Positions 1 through 13,219 of a DNA stretch of 64,000 bases are shown here, one piece after another. Position numbers and translations under genes: made by a program. The stretch lies in assembly GCA_002269645.1 (NCBI GenBank), contig NIVC01001007.1, forward strand, positions 124,001 to 188,000, read 5' to 3'. The DNA is from Macrostomum lignano. Taxonomy: Eukaryota. Every line of letters starts with the position of its first letter. Positions within the stretch are counted from its first letter, which is position 1. Below the pieces are notes generated by a model. That model was not told where the DNA came from and ran no database searches. It worked only from the letters and a program-made list of their open reading frames with translations.

Positions 1-117
1 CAATGGCGTCAAGTTCGTAAGTTCTTTAGCTTTAACTATGACAATGGTGCCAACGTTAGCAATGACATTCTAAAGCGATAAAATGGCGTCTTTAGCCTTC
101 AAAAAAGCTCCAAAGTT

Positions 118-810
118 AAAAATGGCACCCTACAATTAAAAATGGCACCCTACAATTAAAAATGGCACCCCAAAAGTTAAAAATGGCACCCTGCAATGAA
201 AAATGGCACCTTAAATTTAAAAATGACACCCTACAATTAAAAATGGCACCCTACAACTAAAAATGGCACCCTAAATTTAAAAATGGCACCCTACAACTAA
301 AAATGGCACCCTACAACTTAAAAAATAGCACCCTACAATGAAGAATGGCACCCTACAATGAAAAATGGCACCCTGCAATGAAAAATAGCACCCTACAGTG
401 AAAAATGGCACCCTTCAACTAAAAATGGCAACCTAAATTTAAAAATGGCACCCTGCAATGAAAAATAGCACCCTACAATGAAGAATGGCACCCTACAATG
501 AAAAATAGCACCCTACAATGAAGAATGGCACCCTACAATGAAAAATGGCACCCTACAATAAAAAATAGCACCCTACAATGAAAAATGGCACCGTACAATG
601 CAAAATAGCACCCTACAATGAAAAATGGCACCCTACAATGAAAAATGGCACCCTACAATGAAAAATTGCACCCTACAATGAAAAATGGCACCCTACAATG
701 AAAAATTGCACCCTACAATGAAAAATGGCACCCTACAATAAGAAATGCCACAAAAATTAAAAATGGCACCAAAAATTATAAATGACACCCAAATATATAA
801 AATGGCATCT
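118..810. repeat. Minisatellite, ~20-21 bp unit (AAAAATGGCACCCTACAATG)
   Basis: Direct tandem copies visible, degenerating at both ends. Confidence 0.95.
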
Positions 811-1369
811 ACGAGCTAAAAAAATACAAATGGCATCTTAAAATTAAAAATGGCACGCGACAATAACAATGGCACAGACAAGGTACAAAATGGCAATTTA
901 TTCTAGCTACATAAACTTTATTCTGCGCCATTCCCAACTTTATTTCATGTCCTCTTTTTCTGGCCAAAAAGCGAAGCCTGGCTGTTGTGAAGTTCAAAGT
1001 TGAGTGACAGTTTGCAGATGCCCAGCAACTATAACAAAAAGGGAAAGGTAGGAATTGGGAAATATGCTTGTCTTTCTTCCCAAACTGTGGGATCAGTGTC
1101 GATTCTCCATCCTCTTTTGTTGGCTAACCCGAGAGAGGCTAAACTTTTTTTCTTGCCGTTTCATAGCCCTAGCAACTCCGTTTCTTTCTTCCCGTCTCAA
1201 ATGCAGCAGCAGCTATGAGCATTTCGGCCAATCTGTCATCGATAAATTTTACCTGACTTTCACCTGTCAGTGGGTCCGTAACTATTGTATAAGGTTAGAG
1301 AGAAACTAGGAGAAGAGGACAGAGATTAAAGGAGAAATGTGAAGGATTAGAGGATACAAGAGTGAAATA

Positions 1370-1565
1370 AGAGAAGATTAGACTGAGATTGGATAAGATT
1401 AGACTGAGATTAGATGAGATTGGACTGAGATTAGACTGAGATTAGATTGAGATTAGAAAAGATTAGACTGAGAGTGAGATTAGAGGAAAAAACAGTGAGA
1501 TTAGAGAAAAAAGAGAGATTAGAGGATTAGAAAGGGATATTAAAAGTAAATATATGAGAGATTAG
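1370..1565. repeat. Degenerate GAGATTAG(A)-based simple repeat
   Basis: Repeated gagattag/gactgagatta words. Confidence 0.8.
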
Positions 1566-2809
1566 ATGACCCAGAATGAATAATACGAGTATAAAGGAAA
1601 AATATAGGTGCCGGATTCTATCCAGTACCTCTTTAAAAATAACTTTAGTAGTATGCTTCACTAAAGAAGAAAGCAAGTCTGTAAAAAGTCTTTGAGTGTT
1701 TATAAGCACAAATGAAAATCTTATGCCATGCCTACATGTACAGTAAATCTAATCTAATTTAAGAAATTAAAATTGCATTCGAGTTGCATGCGTGCAGCCA
1801 TGACTGCAATTATCTGTGCCCTGCAGGGACAATCATTATCCCAAGGACTTTAAATTTTATCATCAATCCGTGACTGAAGGACAGAAAGAAGTTCAGAAGG
1901 AGAAGACTATTTGAGGCATTATTACTGCGGTGGGGCACAGGGGAGCATCGAGGGGGGGGGTGCAGGGCAAGAAAGGACGGCTGATAGAGACGGAGATGGA
2001 GAGTGGAGAGGTGAAGAGCGTGGGAAAGAGGAATTGAGTGTAAGGGTCAGTCAGACTGCTGCATCACGCAGATTACACGCGAGTTTAGAAAGATGTAAAA
2101 CCTTCTACATAAATGTAATGAAAATGTACTACTATATATAGCATATACACTTATGTGATCTTTGCGAGTCACTATGGCAACAATTGCGACACACTGACCC
2201 CTCAAGGATTGCCTGACTGACTGCTTGCGGAATAAGCCCGTTGTTCACGCCAGTCTGTCCGTCCGGCCTGCAGAATATAGCTGATAGGAGAAATATCCTC
2301 AGGGCTTTAACCCGGACCCACCGATCCAACCCCTACGGCAACTCCTCTCCCCACCTCGCTTTTGCCTTCTTTGGTGGGAGACTTTCGCCAAAATCACACA
2401 AAATATGGATTTGGGTTGGGGCGCCGACCGTGAGAGAGAGAGAGAGAGAGAGCGGACAGGGACAGGAAAAATGGGAGAAAAATTGGCTTTGGTTGGCCGA
2501 AGGTTTCTCTGGGCATGAGAGACCCTCGATCTAATATAGCGATTTCTTTTCTGGGAGAGGAAAATAGGGGAAGAGGGGACGGAGGGAGCGGGACACACGA
2601 ATCTGAATTCTATGTCGCTCTTCGCTTGCGGGTAGGGGAAGAAAGCGACAGAGAGGACGAGTTTGGGATTTTTGGGATAAAAAACTGGGATAAAACGCGT
2701 GCGTTTGTTGCTCTGGCGTTGCTAAGTGTTTTATATTTATCTGCACCGCACTCTGCAAAGGCAATCCGCGGGCATGCTGCCAGCTGCACTCGAAGACAAC
2801 GCCAGCTGA

Positions 2810-4051
2810 ATGCCGACGCCAATTGCTTGGCCTGAAGGCGTCCTCGGGCTCTGCTTGGCCGGGGTCAGCGGCGCCATCAACCTGGCTCTGGCCGGAGCTG
2901 CTCTGTTCGGCGGCTGCAGGCGCTACGGCGACCTGCTGCACGGCCTGTGCTTCCACGCCGGCCTGGTCGGCTGTCTCCACGCCGGCTTGGTGACATCGAT
3001 TCACTCGCTGCTGCTGTCGGTTGATCGGCACCTGGACCAGCCGGTGTGGTGGGTCTGCTGCAAGATCTACTTGTTCTGCCAGATGTTCCTGCCTGCTCTG
3101 TACCTGTACCTGACAGCTGGTGTCATTGTCTGCTTTCGAAGCGTCCGGTATCCGCCAAGGCGATGCGGCCAGAGCTGCACCAGGCTGGGCTACCTCTCCG
3201 CGCACTGTCTGCCTTGGGCGGCCTGCAGCCTGGGACTGCTACCGGTCCTACTCATGCACAAGGAGTCCACGGAGTCGGCGCTGCGCAACGAGGGTCGCTG
3301 CCTGATGCTCGAGCGCTGGGCCTGGCTGGCGCCGCTGTCCGTCCTGCTGGCAGCGCCGCTGCTGGCCCAGCTGGCCCTGACCTGCCTGCTGTGTGCCTAC
3401 AAGCCCTACAGAGACGAGGACAGTCGGGGCGACGGCGGATCAGTCGATTCGTCCGACACCGAGGACTTCAACGAAGTCTACCACTATCGGGCTGGAAATT
3501 ACGCTGACCACGACGAGTTGAACAACGAAAATCAGCGAAGTCCATCGCGCTATCGAAGACGCGACAAACAGAGAAGATGTCGCCGACAGAATCAGCAACA
3601 GTCGCTGCGCATGGCGCGAATTCAAGGCAACGGATTCGGTGGAGCTATGGTGACCGCCGCTTCAATCGAAAGCAGCAGAGGTTATTACAGGTGCGAGCCG
3701 CGACTGCTGCTCGGTCGTCCGATACGAACTGCTCGAACTCTGCTGCTAATGCTGAGCTTTCTGCAAGCGGTCACCCAGCTGCCCCACTGTGCAACCGCGA
3801 TGCTGCAGACGGTGCTGCGCAATCTGCCCTCCAGACAGCCGATCGAAGAGTCTGCGTTGAACGCTGTCTACTGGCTTCATCTAACCTACTTTCCACTCGC
3901 TGGCCTGCTGCTCATCGCCTTCACACTGCAGCTGCGTCGGGCATTTCGCATCACGGAGCTGGAAATTGGCGAGGAGTTGGCCAGACAGAGGCTGCAGAGA
4001 ACCGCGGCTGGCGAGGTGCTGCAGACGACCAGCATGTTGACATCGTTGTAG
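2810..4051 (+). CDS. Intronless, divergent rhodopsin-like (class A) 7TM orphan receptor, 413 aa
   Basis: Seven hydrophobic segments; Cys at the top of TM3 (VCCKIY) and in ECL2 (GRCLM); Pro in TM4 (LPW), TM5 and TM6 (TQLP); long charged ICL3. Canonical DRY and NPxxY are not recognisable. Confidence 0.75.
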   Translation: MPTPIAWPEGVLGLCLAGVSGAINLALAGAALFGGCRRYGDLLHGLCFHAGLVGCLHAGLVTSIHSLLLSVDRHLDQPVWWVCCKIYLFCQMFLPALYLYLTAGVIVCFRSVRYPPRRCGQSCTRLGYLSAHCLPWAACSLGLLPVLLMHKESTESALRNEGRCLMLERWAWLAPLSVLLAAPLLAQLALTCLLCAYKPYRDEDSRGDGGSVDSSDTEDFNEVYHYRAGNYADHDELNNENQRSPSRYRRRDKQRRCRRQNQQQSLRMARIQGNGFGGAMVTAASIESSRGYYRCEPRLLLGRPIRTARTLLLMLSFLQAVTQLPHCATAMLQTVLRNLPSRQPIEESALNAVYWLHLTYFPLAGLLLIAFTLQLRRAFRITELEIGEELARQRLQRTAAGEVLQTTSMLTSL

Positions 4052-6160
4052 CCTTTGATCCTTTGATAAGCAAGCTGGCGAACTAGAAAGCCATTTCTCC
4101 CATGTCTGCTGAATGTGATTTTGCTGCGCCCGAATTACTCTTGCATTTAGAGCGAGAGTCGACTTAAAAAATGCCTGATGAGACAGAATTCAACCATTGC
4201 TCCTTGTAAAATAGATCCAATGTTACCAAATACTTCAAGCCACTTGCTTCTTGTGTCTTCTTTGTTCAACAATGAGTTTTAGAGATTAAAAAACATCTAC
4301 AAGAAACTTGATGATTTCAAAAATCCCTGCAGTTCTTCCTTTGGGCGCAGCAATTGTTGTGATAGCTCTGTTGCTAAATTTATTACAATTGACTCGCATT
4401 AGCTCTTGCTCTGTTTGCCTTATTGAATGAGTACTGTAATTTATAGGCCTCTTGCTAAGATTGTATATTTAGCTATAGCGGTGTTTCGATAAACGCTTAT
4501 TAGTATGATCTTTGTAAAATTTTAGCCATTGACTTGTCTACCTGTCTATCTGTACGCTGCCATAACTATTGACTCCGAAATTCCATAGACCAGTTTGAGT
4601 ACCGCTATGAGCACACCCGTGACTTGCACCCTTGCGATCTCGTGATTGACGTGGATCTCATCGTTAATCAGCAATGATCGAAATTCCTTCAGTCACGACA
4701 AGAAAATCAGATAAAGTTCGTGCACTCCAAACGAATCAAAAAGCCGCTCCCTAATTCACCAAGATTTCTGCATTTTCAATCAGTTTGTTAAAATGTACAA
4801 TTTTTGTCCCACAGAGGCAAGAGTCACGGAATTCGGATTGGGAGATTTCCTATACTCCAATTCGATTGTAAAACCCAATTTCACGGCTGTAATTACCAAG
4901 GGATTTAGATATTCATCGGAAAAATTAAAGCCCTTTCTTGATCTGAACCGATTAAAGAATTTTACTTAGCTCGTACGAGTAACCATTTTATTGCGAATTC
5001 AGAAAGTTGGAGTTCAAAACTGCACACAACCTGCAGTTATTTAATTTTCGTGATTTCTATCTAAGAATAGATATGTTTGGAAACAAATGTTTTGAGGTAA
5101 TTTTTTATGTTTTTATTTTCAACCATACTTAAAATACTCGTAACCATGGAACTCAGAAAGTTTAGCTTAATAAAAAGCATAGATTCAAAATATTCTTCAA
5201 TCCTACTGAATAAGTAGTGAATTAGTATATAACGTTTTTAAAGTAGAAAGTGAGTTTACGAAGAGAAAGTAGAATATAGTAAAAATATGAAACTAGCAGG
5301 AAATGGACTTGATTACAGCAGTGCATTAAAGATACGTAATTAAAGCTTGAAATTCATGCTAAAAATAATTCTATAGCCAAAGTAATTGGACAGCAAAAAT
5401 TTATATTGCTGGAAAGGAGGAAAGTTTTGAACTTTCAGTCAAAAAATTCTCAAGAAGATTAAAACAAAATATTATATTTGCCGGATAAAAAAAGCAATAA
5501 AAAGTGAGAAAGCTTATGAAAACAAAGGATTATAGTCATTAAACTCGTAAAACGCAGAGAAATTCGTCTATAGTCTGAAAATATTTTTTCAGTCAATAGA
5601 AATAGTTTTTTAGACATTACAACGGATTTTTAACGCGCTTAAGCCACCATGTCCACCGAGACCAAATAATTAGAAGTAAGAATTCAGGGAAAAATCGGCC
5701 TACATTTTTTTCAAGTCACAATTTATTTGGCCGGCCCCCTTACATGTACCCAATTGTAGATCGTTAGATTTAATTTATTGTGTGATGCAACAGACGCGCA
5801 ACTTCGTGTCAATATTCTTTCTAAGAAAATCAATCAATGATATTCATTAAGCATGCGCGCGTATCGTTCAAGCACGAGTCAGAAGAGTGTAACAGAATGT
5901 AATTTCTTCAAATTATAACTTAACCTCAAAGAACAAATCTATAAATAAAATGATTAGAAATTTGTAAGTTGAAGTCAGGATCAGGCGTATAGGACAAGCA
6001 TGCATTAATATAGACAAAAAAGCTTTAAACCAACGGACCAGCTTATTTTCTTCGGTTTTCCGACACGGTCATTAGTACATTAATACCCATGCTTTGCGGG
6101 CGTTGATGAGAAATCCTCGGGCGCCTAACGGCGCCCTCTGATTTTCCCATTTCCCATTCC

Positions 6161-6618
6161 CATTTACCATGACCTTTATGCCCGCTGGGCACTTATTCTT
6201 GCCTTTTAATGCCATAAACTACATTTAAGCCCGCTTGCAGGAGTCACACTTAATTTAATGCAAATTAGCAGGCAGTTAATGACATTTAACGCCCGATTGT
6301 CTATGTCAAACTTACTTTAATGCAAATTCGCTCAAATTTTTTCGATGCCACTTACTGGCTCCATCCCGCCAAAGTCGTCAACCTATAACCAAAGTCGTCA
6401 GCCAAAGTCGTCAGTCGACCTTTGGATTTCCGCAGCGCGTATGGGCAGCTAATTTGCATTAAAGTAAGTTTGACATAGAAAATCGGGCGTTAAATGTCAT
6501 TAACTGCCCGCTAATTTGCATTAAAGTAAGTTTGACTCCTGCAAGCGGGCTTAAATGTAGTCTATGGCATTCAAAGGCAAGAATAAGTGCCCAGCAGGCA
6601 CAAGGTCATGGAAAAATG
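6161..6618. mobile_element. Foldback/MITE-like element: ~172-bp inverted arms (6161-6332 and 6447-6618) around a ~114-bp spacer
   Basis: The reverse complement of 6447-6618 aligns with 6161-6332 with few mismatches (catttaccatgacc ... actttaatgcaaatt). The spacer has gccaaagtcgtca repeats. No TSD was confirmed. Confidence 0.75.
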
Positions 6619-6666
6619 TTCCTTTAATTTAGCTACGTAAATTTCCCGACGAGCGCGTGGGTCAGC

Positions 6667-9119
6667 TTAAGCAAGGTTCATTCCGATAATTCGAAACTCG
6701 CAGAGGCTAAACGGTTCTTGCAGCCGACTCACCAGACGCACTCGACTTCCGAATCCATTGCAGAGTAGAATGGCAGCAGTAGAGAGTGGGCTGGTATAAT
6801 CTTGACTGATGCACTCCACACCGTCAACTAGCACCGTGATGTTGTTGAGCCTGTCGCTGCAGCAGTCCGTCCGTTTATAAATCAGAACGTACCACACACG
6901 GGAGACCTGTGGCAGTTGCACTTCAAACCATTGGTCAGTAGTAGAATTCCCGGTGTGGGTGCACGAGCCAGTTTGAAACTCCTGAGAATAGTTGCCATCG
7001 ATGGCTCGATCGCAAACTCCGCCGAGGTCTGTGCTGCTCTGCTGACAGCTGGTGGGCTGTATCCAAGACCACAAATCTAGAGCAGTGATTGTTAGAAGGA
7101 GGAGTTCGAAGGACTCACTGCAACATTATGCATTTCCAGCTGCTAAAAGTAGTTTGTCAAACAAAGACGAATTAAGCTACACATACATGTAATTTACAAT
7201 ATATATATATATGTGCAGTGCAGGCATATTTTGAAGGGTCTTCAAGATATAATGTACGAGCTCGCGGCTGTAGGGCTGAAGCGCTCGAAACTTACTAATA
7301 GAACATGGTCTTCAAGAGCATTATTCTCACGAATTAAGGTAGAAAGTAAAGACTAAGCTAGACTAAGACTAAGACGTCTCTTAGGCGAAGTGACTGTGAC
7401 AAAGACTACTCAAGTAGAATGATGGGTAAGGATTTTAATAGGAGACAGATGTACCAATGTTGATCTTTGAAAAAAGCCGACATTGGGTTGCTTAAATTTT
7501 GAGTTCAGTAGCTTATAGGGACATAGACGCTATTTTTTGAGAATTTGATAGAACTTCCCTTGAATTAAATAAAAACATACTCAAATCAAACTAAGAATGA
7601 TGCATGCACTGCATAGACTACTGACAAAATTGAGTTCAGTAGTTGATTTTCGCGCTGTCGCGAGGGGCAACATGATTCACATTAGCTTCTATGGCCACAT
7701 AAGTGGTTAATGAGTGGCCCATCTTGTGTATACGAGCTATTTGATCTTTGGACTTGCCTTACTTATAGATCTACTATATATTTATATTCGTAGAGATTCT
7801 TGTTCAGAAAATTATAGGATTCTACATTAATTTTATATCCTATACCTATGTGTCCTGTGCCTAAAAATCATAGAAAATGTTTTATGATCCTAGCTGACTG
7901 TGTAACAAAATGTGTTACAGAACGAAAAACTGAAAAATCGATGAATATCAATCAATAGAACGAATAAGAAAGGCAAGACATACCAAAAGATGAACATTGT
8001 TGGGTCTGACTGATCAATGAAAACCTCTTATCTCCGTAATTAATGTTTCTTTTCGCTAGAAAACCTGCCTTCAGGCTTGTCCCCCCAGTTAAGCTATAGG
8101 GGGACATGCTAATGCTTTGGCCCCAACTCACCTTGTTGAACCGTTATGGAAATCAATAATTTTGCTTCAGGGCTACAAAACATAGCGCCTGCAGTACCAA
8201 AATGAGTGCCTGCAGTACCAAAATGAGTGCCTGCAGTACCAAAATGAGTGCCTGCAGTACCAAAATGAGTGCCTGCAGCGCCAAAATGAGTGTCTGCGGC
8301 GCCAAAATGAGTGCCTGCGGCGCCAAAATGAGTGTCTGCGGCGCCAAAATGAATGCCTGCGGCGCCAAAATGAGTGCCTGCGGCGCCAAAATGAGTGTCT
8401 GCGGTGCCAAAATGAGTGGCTGCGGCGCCAAAATGAGTGCCTGCGGCGCCAAAATGAGTGCCTGCGGCGCCAAAATGAGTGCCTGCGGCGCCAAAATGAG
8501 TGCCTGCGGCGCCAAAATGAGTGCCTGCGGCGACAAAGTGATCGCTAGCTGACAACACCGCTTCGGAAAATAATGTACTTGTAGGAATTTCATCATGTAT
8601 AGTTCTTGGTTTTGTCCCCCAACCATCATAAAATCCATGAAGACGCCCCTGCCAGCCTTTTAAAATTTTACATACATGTGCCGTATCCCTGAATTATTCA
8701 ACCAGAAAAACCACGCAAACACGAAATCGAATAAAAATATATGAATACATATTGTACGACTCACTACTGAACACCACAGTATAGATATTGGTCAGTTCAG
8801 AGCTGACCAACAACCAGTTTGTGCGGTTGAAGTAAGACGAAGCGTTGAACAATCGGCAGCTCAAGCTCAACGGCAGCCAGTAGAAACCGAAGCAGTTCTC
8901 AACTTTGGAGCGGCACTTCATGGAACAAAGCAGCTCATTGTCGGTATTCGACTCCGAATAGAAATCAACTGGTGCAATCAAACTATTGGAGTTCGTCAGA
9001 GTAAATGAGCGTTTGTTAGTGCTCGAGTTGCTTTCAACAGTTGCTATGGCCACCAATAGAAGCACTGAGGCGGAAGCAACCGCAGCAAAAATTAGCTGCA
9101 GAGAGTGACGCATCTGCAT
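6667..9119 (-). CDS. Secreted PAN/apple-like + F-type lectin (fucolectin/FTP) protein, paralog 1; exons 9119-8765 and 7076-6667
   Basis: Exon 1: signal peptide plus 4-Cys PAN core (CSMKC..NCFGFYW..SCRLF), phase-1 donor A|GTGAGT. Exon 2: acceptor CTAG|AT, FTP domain with RAIDGN and fucose motif H-x27-RTDCCSDR. Confidence 0.85.
8187..8531. repeat. Intronic minisatellite, 21-bp unit (CCTGCGGCGCCAAAATGAGTG), ~16 copies
   Basis: Direct tandem copies; explains the repetitive ORFs 8109-8638. A GAAGACGCCCCTG word at ~8639-8651 resembles a DNA-transposon end. Confidence 0.95.
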
Positions 9120-12100
9120 GCTTGTTGCCTGCTATTTGAATATCTGAATAATATGGCAGAGGTAGATCGCTTTTGTTCCAGCGTGTACTGCTGCATGAAT
9201 TGATCCCGCCAAACAAACTGCATGTGGGTCCTTTTATTCGTCTACTGCCCGTGGCCATCACCCCCGCCGCCGTTGTCACAACTCGGAGCAGTGGGTTAGC
9301 ATCACTGGGAGAGGTGGGCTAACGCCCCCGACTGCCTGAAATCCCGCGCGGCCGTCCCCTGTCCCTCTTCCCCGCGCTCTGCATGGCCATGCTTGGACTC
9401 AACCGGCCCTCTCTGGTCGACGTCATGGCTGTTTTGCCAGGCATCGTTACCTCCAAGGGAAAACTCCGTAGCAAGAATCAAATGCCCTGCCTCTCCGGAG
9501 TTGAGAATGCGGAGCAAATTTTATCTGTATCTGTGAATGCCCCGTCTTTACTCAGGACAGGCTCACCTACATCTACCTCGACCCAAAACCGGATCTTTCC
9601 GACGTTTTCAGACCCGAGAATCTCTGCCAGCTCGTCCGCTACCTTTAGGGCCACCGCGGGCGAGCGACCATCCACCTCCTGGACTCTCCAAAATGGGAAC
9701 GTGCTGCAGATGCACTGGCATCACCGGATCTCCCTGCCAAGCCAGTCTTCTTGAGTATATACTGCCTTTACCTCATCTACAGAAACGCGGGCTTTCACCT
9801 TCAGTGACGTTTGGAAAAAGCTATATTTGTTTTCAATAGAAATCTATTTGCTAAAGCCTGGAGGAACGTATATAAAAAAACGTACTAACAATGCCCTGCA
9901 GTCATGTGACTCCACATATTTTTACCTTCAGTCCTTCATGGACTGGGCTTGAAATAGAGTAGCCATCGAAAAAACACGCCCACAATTCCAAATCGACTCT
10001 TTTGTCAAGTTGTGTGGAACAGGACTGGCTTGTCCGTTTATATTATTTCTTATACACAAAGCTGTCCTCGAGATATTCAACAATGCTATAGTGTAGATTG
10101 ACAGATTATTTCATTGTAGCTACACTAGCTAGTCGAAAAAATAGCGAAAAAATATAATTATTGTAATAATTCTTATCTAACGCAATTTCAGTGCAAAAAT
10201 TACAATATGAATTATAATTTTTCTTATAATTATTGCAATGCTGGTCTGCGATAATACAATGGCGCACATTCAACTGACCAGAACTCCTCCAAATAACTCT
10301 TCCTGTTCTTCCCAGCAAAAACAAGGCAATTCAAAGGAACTTCCTTTACCAATTATCCAGGAACAATGCACATTGCAATAATTACAATGTGTATTAAATA
10401 TTATTATTATAATTATTATAATTTTATGACGTTTAAATTGTTAATCAAATATTTGAAATATGTATGGTTTGTAGCATGAAAAAGGGTACGTTGAGAAAAA
10501 TAAAAAATGTAGTTTACTGTTGTATAGATTTTTAAACGATATAAGCTGCAAAATGAGCTGGACTTCGTTGATATTTGTTTGTTTCTTATACTAAAATTGC
10601 AGACAATATTTTGAATGATCTACGCTCATACTCTAGGCTATTATTTAAGTTGCACTTTTTATTTTTGTATTTGGACATGGAACTCCGACCAGACTCAGGC
10701 ACTTGCCACTTACAAATATTTCTCGCTCTGCCTCTTTCTTCTCGTATTTGCTACCTGTAGTAGAATGAACTACAGGTTAATAGCTCGGCTGAAAATTCAA
10801 TTGGTAAAAGCCACATGTCCAACATATTTATCGTTTTAACCATAATAAATTTGTAGTACATAGAATATTGCTTTAGCAATCTCTCTACGAAATATGTTTC
10901 ATTATTACACCTTTTTAAACTTTGTTTGTGTTACTTCTTTTCCTGAATACGAGCTTAGCAAGTTTCAATACCAAGCAGGCAAAGTCATGGAGAATGCCCT
11001 ACCACTGCCATGACTGCACTGCTGACAGGCGAGCAGCTGCGCAACCAACACACACCTGGGTCCTGGGTATGGAAGGGCTAAAAGCCGCATGAAGAACAGC
11101 TGAAGGCAAACCATGCGCGTACATTTATAGCAAGGATGAGAAAACTCCTTGATTTTCAATTGTAATGATTGCAATAAAATTGCGTTATAATTATAATAAT
11201 TGCAATAATGATTGCAATTTTCAATTATAATTATTGCACTTTTATTGCAATTTTTCGCAAGAAGAATTACAATTAGATTGCAATCTTCGCAATAATTTTC
11301 GATTAGTGTATATAGACAACGCGGTGTTGAAACAATTGACAATTGAAGCGGAAGGATGCTACATTCGGTCTAAAAATCGTTTTTTTTCGTTCGGCTTTTT
11401 TTAAACAAGTCGATTGTTTGAGAGTGGCGATTATACGGGTGATGTTAAGATCTGCTGGAAATTTCAAATATAGATGCGTATTTTTGAGTCTCATTTCTGC
11501 ATCTCATATTTTTCTCATTTCTTACTGCAATCGTGGTGATCGGAGAGGGGTAGGCGGAGAAAATATAATGTGCTTAAATTTTTTTATTCGAACTCACGCG
11601 CTCATATCATGGCGACCTACAATACTACACTCTTTGGTTGAAACCCACACGTCCGATGCTTTAATTGATTCAGCTACATGAATGACGTCAGCCAGCCTGC
11701 GGTAGATGTCTATGGCCAAAAGACTATTACGCTCGTAATCTAGCGCAGTCTGCGTGAGTGCGTGAAAAAGGTTACTTGTTGGGGTTAATCTTTAATTGTC
11801 TTGTTTTGCTTTGTCAACCTCATGAAATTATTATAAAAACAGCTGTATAATTACAGCACAAACATATGACTTGGATTGACTGTTTTTAAGGCATACACAG
11901 AAACAGAATGAGACAGTACGTCCTGCTAAAATGCTACGGCCCATGGGGAGACTTTTTGGGGGTTAATGGGGGGGAGTTGCTGAAATGCAGTTGCTTATGG
12001 GAGTTGCCATTTAAAAGGTCAATAGCTACATATACATGTATGTAGCAAGCTAAGCGACTTCAAAGTTTTTTGCATCGTTTTATCTTTACTATATACGGGC

Positions 12101-13219
12101 CGGGCGTCGCCATGTGAGAAAATTCATCCGCACTGCCTTTTCCGCGCAGCCGTACGCTCGTATTCTGTGATGAAGCTCCCGCGAGTCTCGTCTGTACATG
12201 CATGGTATAATGTGAGGTACACAAATGCTGCTAACTGACTTCCTCGCAATTGTACTGCAGTCAAGACTCAATATTAGTTGTCTCGAATCCACATGTGTCT
12301 AAGTCCCGGATGAGTAGGAGAACTTGTTGTGAGCTTTTACCATATACTTTTCTTGCACAGGCGCGTGGGTGTCGTCATGGTTTGCATGATGGCCGTGAAA
12401 ACATCTGCTAGAGCACACATGTAGTCTTGACAGTTTAGTCACAGTTGCAGTTGTATCACAAAATTTATGCATCACAAGAAGCAAAAATAAGTCCACTTTA
12501 TCACAATTGTTCGCTTTCTGCCTTAAAAAATACACATTTTTTTGTCAAATGGTTCTGATTTTAAAGTCTGAATCCAACTGCTCGATGTCTTAAAGTCAAT
12601 CCTCTCCCCATGCATATCCGTTTTGGTCACAATCGTCGAAGCTTGCGTTGAATGTGGTCCTTGGCGTGTCTTCATTTATATTGAATGCTCAACTTGTATT
12701 CGTGATTCTATAATGTTGCCTGAATTTAATGAAAGCATTGAAAATTGATAGCTTTTTTGACCCCGACAACCTTCAGCAAGTTTCTAAAAATGCCAGCAAC
12801 AACCTCTCTCTCTCTCTCTCATTGATATCGACTTGTACGCTCGTATGCAGTAAAGATCAGTTCTAAGATGAACTTTGCAGCTTTCTTTGTCCGATGTCTG
12901 TCTACATTTTACGGGATATTATTCATTATTATGACGTACCAAATAAAATCCCAGAGAACGCAAATAATGTCCCGAAAATTTCTTATATCAATGTTTTATC
13001 TGTTTAATTCTCAATCTGTCCTCGTGTGAGAGCAGTGAAAATTTAGGGATCATATCTCAGTTTGTAGCCATGCAGACCGCAAAAAGCCACTCGATCTGAA
13101 CGGTCTCATGCTAACACAGATCAAATAGCCCCTTTTTTGGAGCGCAAAGTGTTAATTTGTCTCTTGGTTAGATATCTATTAGTTGTTAGGCCACTGTGTA
13201 AATTTAGTTAAAATCTATA

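Noticed and set aside
2531-4086. ORFs overlapping the 7TM gene (2531-3205 -, 3046-3507 +, 3577-4086 +)
   Set aside because: Shadow ORFs of a GC-rich coding region.
4090-4800. Protein-like stretches with stops downstream of the 7TM gene
   Set aside because: No recognisable family and no consistent strand or frame.
8109-8638. Three long repetitive ORFs (AAGTHFG, PQALILA, KMSACGA)
   Set aside because: Translations of a 21-bp intronic minisatellite, open on both strands, with no unique coding flanks.
12090-12790. Possible decayed coding sequence on the minus strand between the lectin genes
   Set aside because: Multiple stops, no motif recognised.
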